From Sphyrna mokarran (taxonomy: Eukaryota): a stretch of 64,000 nucleotides of DNA. Shown in pieces: positions 61,551 to 64,000 of the stretch. The notes under the pieces are model-generated. The model was not told the origin of the DNA, made no database searches, and saw nothing but the letters and a program-made list of their open reading frames with translations. Location: the NCBI GenBank assembly GCA_024679065.1, contig JAGIQG010000003.1, positions 107,446,001 to 107,510,000 of the forward strand, in the 5' to 3' direction. The translations under genes were made by a program, and so were the position numbers. Numbering within the stretch: position 1 is the first letter of the stretch; every line of letters begins with the position of its first letter.

Positions 61551-64000
61551 GCTGGAACGTTATAGCCATTCACAGCTGCAGGATATTCCCATCTACTGCA
61601 GTAGAATGGAGATTTGGCTGGGTGCCAAATTCTCTGTACTAACTCCACAGAGGCAAAAGTTCCATCACTAAGTTACTTTGTTTACACCATACATCTGTGC
61701 AAAGCCAGCTCTCCAGTTACTCCCTGCTGAACGCAGGTTGGGAGACTGACACAACTGCTTTAAATAGGGAGTGTGAGACTCCCTGACATAACCATCAATT
61801 AAGACTCATCATGTAGTTTATACTTAGCAAGCCAACCCCATTAGCCTGGCTGAAGGCATCACATTCTCCAACTTTGCTGCAATGAAAGCGTGGCATGAAT
61901 AGCTGGTAAGATCACATCCTTAGAACAGAGGCCCATTGAATTTGTGCATATGTAAATTTCTGCAGAATTTCAGCACCTGAGGCTCAGCTAAATTATTTAA
62001 AGTTGATGGATGGAGTTAGGCTGCCCCCATATTGGGTCCTGAGAAAAAAATGGTATCTTGTGTGAGCAAAAGATTTTACAGGTTTTCAAAAATAGTTTGG
62101 ATTACTTCATTGTTAAATTTTGTTGTTTCATTTGACAACTGTAATAAAAAGTATAATTTATTCGGGCCTTTGAAATCCTCACGTACTTGTTTCCTTTTGA
62201 ATCAAAACATATGATCATTGTTATGTAGGAAATATTAATCAACAATGACTTGTTGATTTTATTGTTTATATCTGTGATTTTTAATTTTATTCCTAGGAAT
62301 ATGAAATTGGATGAATGTGGAGTCAACAAGGAAAGAACTTTGCCATTTTTTGCTCCAGATGTTGGATTGATAGTTTGGTCTGAGTTGGTTAATGTTTTTT
62401 ATTTAGTGAATGGAAGAATTTTGTAAGAGTGGATGAAGTTGAACTTTGGTGAGTGTGAGATTGATGGCAGTTGGTTGGTTAGATTGCATATCCAATGTTA
62501 CTATCCATTTAGTCCAAACTCTCAAATTGAGTTTTGATTCTAATAAGAGAAAACAGTGTCACTTTGAAAATTTTTGATTTTACAGAGCAGTGTATTTGAA
62601 TGGCTGTTTTTTTAATGCATGGGTTATTTGGTCCAGTAAGGATTATATGTGGTTCAAAGTCACATTGGACTCTTCCCCATGCCCGACTGACACCTGTCTG
62701 ATTTTTTAAATCAAATCTTAACATATATTTACTTTACACTGTAATATATGCATCCACCCATAAATATTTGTTAGGATCTAGTATTAATTTTAATGATGCA
62801 TTCAGTACAGATTGAGTGAAAGATTTAGCACATATTTCTTATCAGACTGATTGCTTCTTTATGGGTAAATCAATTATCTTGTTTAAAGTAACATGCGTTA
62901 TTGAAATAATGTGCATTTGATATTGTTTTGTTTGCACCATAAGCTGCTTCTGTAATGACAGTATTGGTATGATGTGCTATTTTCATCACACCCAGCTTCA
63001 CAATAACCTAATTGAAATTAACAGATGTGAGAGATGACACATATTGAAATTGTTCTCATAGGAACAGTTGATGGGATTTTAAAAGCTGTTGTGTTCGCAG
63101 CTGCAGGATTGTGACTACACAAACATCACTGTACTGGTGACCAACTCATTATTGTCTTAGATATTTTTCCTACACTTGTTTAAAGTCAATTCCAGTGTAA
63201 CAACTAATGTTTAAAATCCATTCCCCTGTTTGTTAAAACCCTCCCATTACTGTGCTTGTTTCAACAAGATCCTGGATTTGATTTCCTCATTTCATCTGCA
63301 AGGTAATTTTAGGGAGTAAGCAAGGCTTTTTCCTTCAGGATTTGCTACATCCAATTCCACTTTGAGACAGCCTTGACTGAAATCCAGCGCTAACTTATTT
63401 CAGGAAGTAAATTTGAATATCAATCAATTCTTGACTGTATTATGCATCAGAAATTCAGTGATATCAGTAAGTTCCAACTACATTTCTTGCAAAGGGACCG
63501 ATGTGAAATTAAACCAACCAAAGTTAGTCAGTATGGGGTACCCTAATATGATGACAATCTTCATAAGAATATGTGCAATACAGTCAATTAACAGTTTTCA
63601 TTTTTGGCACCCGGTATAAGCTCCATTCCCTTGTTGCTGACCCCATGTCCATTCCTAATCATTTGCATGGAGTTAAATCAACCAATGCCTAAACCCTGAC
63701 ATGCCATGCACCAAAGTTGAGCTTCAATATTCTTATTTTATCCAATACCACATCTACTAATTTCCATCTCTGGAAGATTATATTCCTCCACCCTTTCTTA
63801 ACCCCCATTTCTTGCCACAAGCATTGTGCATTCTTTTATCTCTTCTACATTTGAGTTTTCCCAGTGTCCTCCTTACCAGCTTTCCATTCCTATAGTATTG
63901 AAGGATTCAGCAGATAATTTTGCACTGTGTTTTAGAAAGGGGAGAAAAAAACTCAAAGCTCTAATCCTTTTCCCTTCTGTCCACATTGTAATTGTACGAG

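Noticed and set aside
62838-62851. 14-nt match to miR-21-5p (CTTATCAGACTGAT)
   Set aside because: The 5' TAG and seed are not matched (TTT instead), the 3' end differs, and I see no complementary star arm downstream; treated as chance.

Overview
Vertebrate, AT-rich, CpG-depleted, transposon-saturated DNA (intergenic or deep intronic). The repeat mix (CR1 LINEs, HE1-like V-SINEs, SacSINE1-like DeuSINE, L2, Penelope-like elements, PIF/Harbinger MITEs) points to a shark genome, which is inference from family recognition. I found no host protein-coding exon, rRNA, tRNA gene or CRISPR array. The ORFs I can assign to a protein family are retroelement or transposase remnants. Main contents: a decayed full-length Ty3/Gypsy LTR element (7421-13907) with at least five nested insertions; two Penelope-like (GIY-YIG) insertions built as long fold-back structures, each with an exact target-site duplication and two minimal hammerhead ribozyme motifs whose stems co-vary between the two subfamilies; a HARBI1-like transposase fossil with related MITEs; a young CR1 subfamily in three copies; two templated insertions; and a near-perfect 95-nt hairpin. 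Coordinates of old repeats are approximate and identities are by-eye estimates.
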